A stretch of 64,000 bases of DNA. Source: Cellvibrionaceae bacterium. GTDB taxonomy: Bacteria; Pseudomonadota; Gammaproteobacteria; Pseudomonadales; Cellvibrionaceae. Each line of letters begins with the position of its first letter. Positions within the stretch are counted from its first letter, which is position 1. Location: assembly GCA_050300015.1 (NCBI GenBank), contig JBNKWZ010000008.1, positions 125,393 through 189,392 of the forward strand, given 5' to 3'. Made by a program: the position numbers and the translations under genes. Shown here piece by piece: positions 60,752 to 64,000 of the stretch. A model generated the notes under the pieces. It ran no database searches. It worked only from the letters and a program-made list of their open reading frames with translations, and was not told the origin of the DNA.

Positions 60752-62338
60752 CTAAATGCGCTGTAGACCAAATTGGTGAATCTTATTAATTAATTCTCTA
60801 TTGCTTGGCAGTTGAGTTGTCAATTGGCTTTTTATTTTCCCGACCTTTTCGAAGTACGGCTTGGCCGTCAATTGCCCAGTAGCAGTGTTGCGGGTTTCGG
60901 TGCGAAACCCCATGCCGTATAGAACGTATTGCCAGCTGGCTGTTGGAAACATTTCCTCTGCTAATGGAAAATCGTATTTGTTTGGCTTGTGGTAGCGCCA
61001 TAGTCGTAAACGTTCCTGCAAAGATTCCGGCACCGAGGTGTTATCGCGATGGTCCAACCAGTAATCGGAATCAGTTCTCCGACTTAAAATATAATGCAAC
61101 TTCAAAAATTCAATGATGATATCCCAATGGTGTGTAAAGCGTTGATTGAAACGTTTGCTGACAATATCCATGACTTCACGGTTAGCTGGTAACTCGGCGC
61201 TGATCATAGCCGCAGATAACTCCACCAGCACCAGTGCGGAAGCCTCCAGTGGCTCGAGGAACCCGGCGGCCATGCCAACCGCGACGCAGTTGCGATGCCA
61301 GAATTTTGCGCGGTGGCCCGGGTTAATATTGATTGTGCGAAACGAAAGCTCTGCCAAGTGCGGCGGGTCCAATGACTCGCCAATGTAAGCGACCAGGTTG
61401 GCGTGGGCCTGGTCGTCGGAGCAATGGCTGCTGGAATACACGCTGCCGACGCCGCGGCGGCTTGGCAGACCAATATCCCATATCCACCCGGCTGAATGGG
61501 CAGTGGAGATGGTATGTGATGTAATGGGGCTGTCGGGCTCCCGGTAAGGTACTTGCACAGCGATGGCGCGGTCGTTGAATAACACATCTCGCCTGGTTAA
61601 AAAAGGCACACCGTAATGTTGCCCGAGTAAAAGACTCGCAAAACCGGAACAATCAATAAACAAATTACCTTTCACGGCACTATTCGCGCGCGTTACGAGA
61701 GCAGCGATATCGCCATTGTCGGCTGCCAGAACGGTATCGACATGGTCGATGATGTGCCGCACATTCAGCTTCTCTATACAGTGTTTTTTCAGTAGCTCAC
61801 CGAGTTTGTGCGAATTCAGATGGTAGGCGTAATTGGCGACGCTTTCATATTCAGGTGTTTTGATTTGCTTAGGGGCAAGACCTTGATCGCACAGAGCGCC
61901 CTGAAAACAAACGGCATCATCGAAAGCCAACCCTTGGTCGTCATTTAGCCAAGGGCCAATCAGATCCGTTTCAAAATATCCTACCGGTAATACCAAAGGA
62001 TGGTAATAAGCGTCTTGTGGTTCCCCCGTTACCCATTTTGCAAATTTTGCCCCCTGTTTAAAAGATGCTTCGCACTCTACGAACAATTCGGTTTCTGTTA
62101 TGCCGATCTTTTTCAGCGTGCCACGCATGGTCGGCCACGTGCCTTCACCTACCCCTATGGGGGGGATGCCGGGTGATTCGATCAGCGTAATGCTTAATTG
62201 AGGGGGCGCTCCCCCCTCGGGTTTTATGCTTGCCTGATGCTCGGCGGCAATCACCCCCGCGGTCAGCCAGCCTGCGGAGCCGCCGCCGAGAATGACAATA
62301 TGTTTGGTGGGTTCTGCGGTCTTTACTTTATCGAGCAC
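60752..62338 (-). CDS. Flavin-dependent tryptophan halogenase family protein
   Basis: N-terminal FAD motif IVILGGGSAGW. Halogenase-family motifs GWIWDIGL and EPLEASAL (variant of FLEPLESTGI). Confidence 0.88.
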   Translation of the reverse strand: MLDKVKTAEPTKHIVILGGGSAGWLTAGVIAAEHQASIKPEGGAPPQLSITLIESPGIPPIGVGEGTWPTMRGTLKKIGITETELFVECEASFKQGAKFAKWVTGEPQDAYYHPLVLPVGYFETDLIGPWLNDDQGLAFDDAVCFQGALCDQGLAPKQIKTPEYESVANYAYHLNSHKLGELLKKHCIEKLNVRHIIDHVDTVLAADNGDIAALVTRANSAVKGNLFIDCSGFASLLLGQHYGVPFLTRRDVLFNDRAIAVQVPYREPDSPITSHTISTAHSAGWIWDIGLPSRRGVGSVYSSSHCSDDQAHANLVAYIGESLDPPHLAELSFRTININPGHRAKFWHRNCVAVGMAAGFLEPLEASALVLVELSAAMISAELPANREVMDIVSKRFNQRFTHHWDIIIEFLKLHYILSRRTDSDYWLDHRDNTSVPESLQERLRLWRYHKPNKYDFPLAEEMFPTASWQYVLYGMGFRTETRNTATGQLTAKPYFEKVGKIKSQLTTQLPSNRELINKIHQFGLQRI

Positions 62339-62458
62339 GATTTTTCTCTCGGATTACAGCTAAATGCATTTAATGACAAACAGTAGAAGATTTATTCGAG
62401 CGTTCAAGGCGTTCAGTGCAAGATAGAGTTTGTTGAGATTCGCTCGACGCGTATTCTG

Positions 62459-63169
62459 TTAAATGTGATTGCTTATAAGTTTGTTCTTCTTCTCAATCAA
62501 ACGATAAAATTGGCCCGTGGATGCAACGATCATATGCAGCGGTGTTAAGTAGCCACTGTGCTGCAAGCCCACCAGTTTATCGCTCTCTAGACTGTTCAGC
62601 TTTTTCTCATCGATGGTATAAAAACCCTTCACCGAGCGCTTGTCGCCATTGCCGAATGTGACCTCCATTGGCATCGGTATTAATAACTCGAGTTCCACCA
62701 AAGTTTCGGTAAACGTTTTGGTCGCACGTTCCGCGGCCAGAAGGTCGCTCAGCATGCGCTTGACCTCTTTGAGGTACTCAGTCTCACCGCCTTGCTGGTC
62801 AAACATGGCAGAGCCTTGCTCTCGGGTCACACAAGTGGCGTGTTCGTCTATGCAGATAACGCTTCGACCCTCATCGTAACCGATAAAAAAAGGTTGGCGG
62901 AGCACGTTCAATGGTGTGTAAATTCCAGTCCATGCCCCATTTTGCCAGAATAAATTTTCATCACGATCAAAGCCGAGTACGGCCACGCACACAAACCTGC
63001 CTGTTTCCTCGTGCTTGGTGAACACGATTGGGTATTCGATAACAAGCTTTGGGAATTCGGATATCACCACAGGCACAATTCGCTCGTTGGCACCTTGTGC
63101 TTGCAAGGCGTCAGTATTGATTTTGAGTTCCTTATGGGCACTGGGGTCCAGCGCGACATATTTCGTCAT
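62459..63169 (-). CDS. SapC-family protein
   Basis: 236 aa beginning ...LKINTDALQAQGANERIVPVVISEFPKLVIEYPIVF, typical of SapC. Sits between the TonB-dependent receptor and halogenase genes, as in polysaccharide-utilisation loci. Confidence 0.85.
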   Translation of the reverse strand: MTKYVALDPSAHKELKINTDALQAQGANERIVPVVISEFPKLVIEYPIVFTKHEETGRFVCVAVLGFDRDENLFWQNGAWTGIYTPLNVLRQPFFIGYDEGRSVICIDEHATCVTREQGSAMFDQQGGETEYLKEVKRMLSDLLAAERATKTFTETLVELELLIPMPMEVTFGNGDKRSVKGFYTIDEKKLNSLESDKLVGLQHSGYLTPLHMIVASTGQFYRLIEKKNKLISNHI

Positions 63170-63223
63170 CTTGCCATCCCGTTGGAGTCTTATGATTTAT
63201 CTTTGCTTGATTATATTACGGAT

Positions 63224-63249
63224 AAAAAAAGTCGCTGCATAGCAGCGAC
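63224..63249 (-). terminator. Rho-independent terminator (minus strand) downstream of the TonB-dependent receptor gene
   Basis: Stem GTCGCTGC / GCAGCGAC with loop ATA and an A7 tract on the plus strand (T7 on the minus strand). Confidence 0.7.
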
Positions 63250-63307
63250 TAAGTTGAGGAACGACTATCTCTGGGTAGATAATCGATTATTCGCTTGCGC
63301 GAATGAA

Positions 63308-64000
63308 CTAAAAACTCGCTCTCACGCCTAATGCCCAACGTGTGCCACTGTCCTCCATCAGCAATAGATGGTTGTCATAACGGCCTCGTTTGTGCAGATA
63401 TTCTCCGGTCAAATTGATGCCTTCAACAAAAACAGTGACTTCATCGGTGACGTCGTAAGATGCGCTCAGATCAAGTTGGCTGTAATCTTCCACAAGCGTG
63501 GGGCCGTTGCCCTGAACCTGCGTGAGATCTTGTACGAATTGGTCTCGCCAGTTATAAGCAAGCCGGAACTGAATCCCGTTTTTCTCATAGAAGCCGACCA
63601 GGTTCATTGAATCGCTCAAGCCCGTTAAAGCAAATACTTGGCTGGTGTCCGCTGGGTCGAGCTCAGCGTTACTGTCAACCACCGTTGCGTTGAAAATCAC
63701 CCCGAAGCCCGTTTCAGCAAAATTGTGTTGAACCGTGAATTCCACACCGTCAACACTGGCTGTCTCCCCGTTGGTGGGCAACGTATTGGTAAATACCGCT
63801 ACACCATCTTCAGCGTCCGGGTTGTTGGGGTCGTTACCCGTAGATGGGTCGGTCAGTAAGCTGCCATTGGGTAGCTCGAACGTTGTTTCAGCTTGCGTAT
63901 TGACGATGAAGTTAGATACTTCCTTAGCGAAGTAACCCACCGAGAGGTAACTGGCTTCGTCGTAATACCATTCCCAAGATAAATCAAAGTTCTCGGATGA
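63308..64000 (-). CDS. TonB-dependent receptor, C-terminal portion (gene continues beyond window end)
   Basis: Beta-barrel C-terminus ending ...RWALGVRASF with terminal Phe. The minus-strand reading frame stays open to position 64000. Confidence 0.85.
   Translation of the reverse strand, partial: SSENFDLSWEWYYDEASYLSVGYFAKEVSNFIVNTQAETTFELPNGSLLTDPSTGNDPNNPDAEDGVAVFTNTLPTNGETASVDGVEFTVQHNFAETGFGVIFNATVVDSNAELDPADTSQVFALTGLSDSMNLVGFYEKNGIQFRLAYNWRDQFVQDLTQVQGNGPTLVEDYSQLDLSASYDVTDEVTVFVEGINLTGEYLHKRGRYDNHLLLMEDSGTRWALGVRASF

Overview
This window is the chromosomal origin region of a gammaproteobacterium with the Pseudomonas/Cellvibrionales-type gene order, shown in reverse orientation relative to convention. 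Replication/translation core (1-11520): dnaA (minus strand, 3' end outside the window) faces a non-coding tract at 1373-2113 that carries consensus DnaA boxes and an AT-rich stretch, a likely oriC. Downstream on the plus strand come rpmH-rnpA-yidD-yidC-mnmE. A 580-bp G-depleted non-coding tract (6003-6581) with further DnaA boxes and an unidentifiable 187-aa gene follow, then mnmG-rsmG-parA-parB. An AT-rich outer-membrane-protein/lipoprotein gene pair (minus strand, 11754-13614) sits between parB and the complete atpIBEFHAGDC operon, followed by glmU, a DeoR regulator, glmS and tlyA. Accessory region (27 kb onward): a PQQ sugar dehydrogenase, MFS transporter, TlpA-like thioredoxin, SPFH protein, PhoX, a two-gene RND efflux pair, a HlyD/ABC/ABC-2 exporter, CPXCG and DUF2914 proteins, a degenerate HD-GYP, an orphan ParA-like ATPase, a 2OG-Fe oxygenase, an alpha/beta hydrolase, an orphan JetD-like Toprim protein, gpmA with an upstream Fur box, a truncated hemoglobin, chrA, mmuM, a GlxA/AraC regulator, yaiI, an ICMT-fusion membrane protein, an esterase and a Trp-halogenase/SapC/TonB-receptor triad. 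No rRNA, tRNA or CRISPR array was seen. Most novel observation: a recurring intergenic MITE-like repeat of about 50-170 bp with terminal inverted repeats CTATTAACCC/GGGTTAATAG and a conserved internal hairpin GCGGCAyGTCCTTGTrCCGC. It occurs in at least seven full, partial or degenerate copies, including one between atpC and its terminator and one that supplies a gene's stop codon. All calls rest on reading the sequence and on motif knowledge; no database search was possible.
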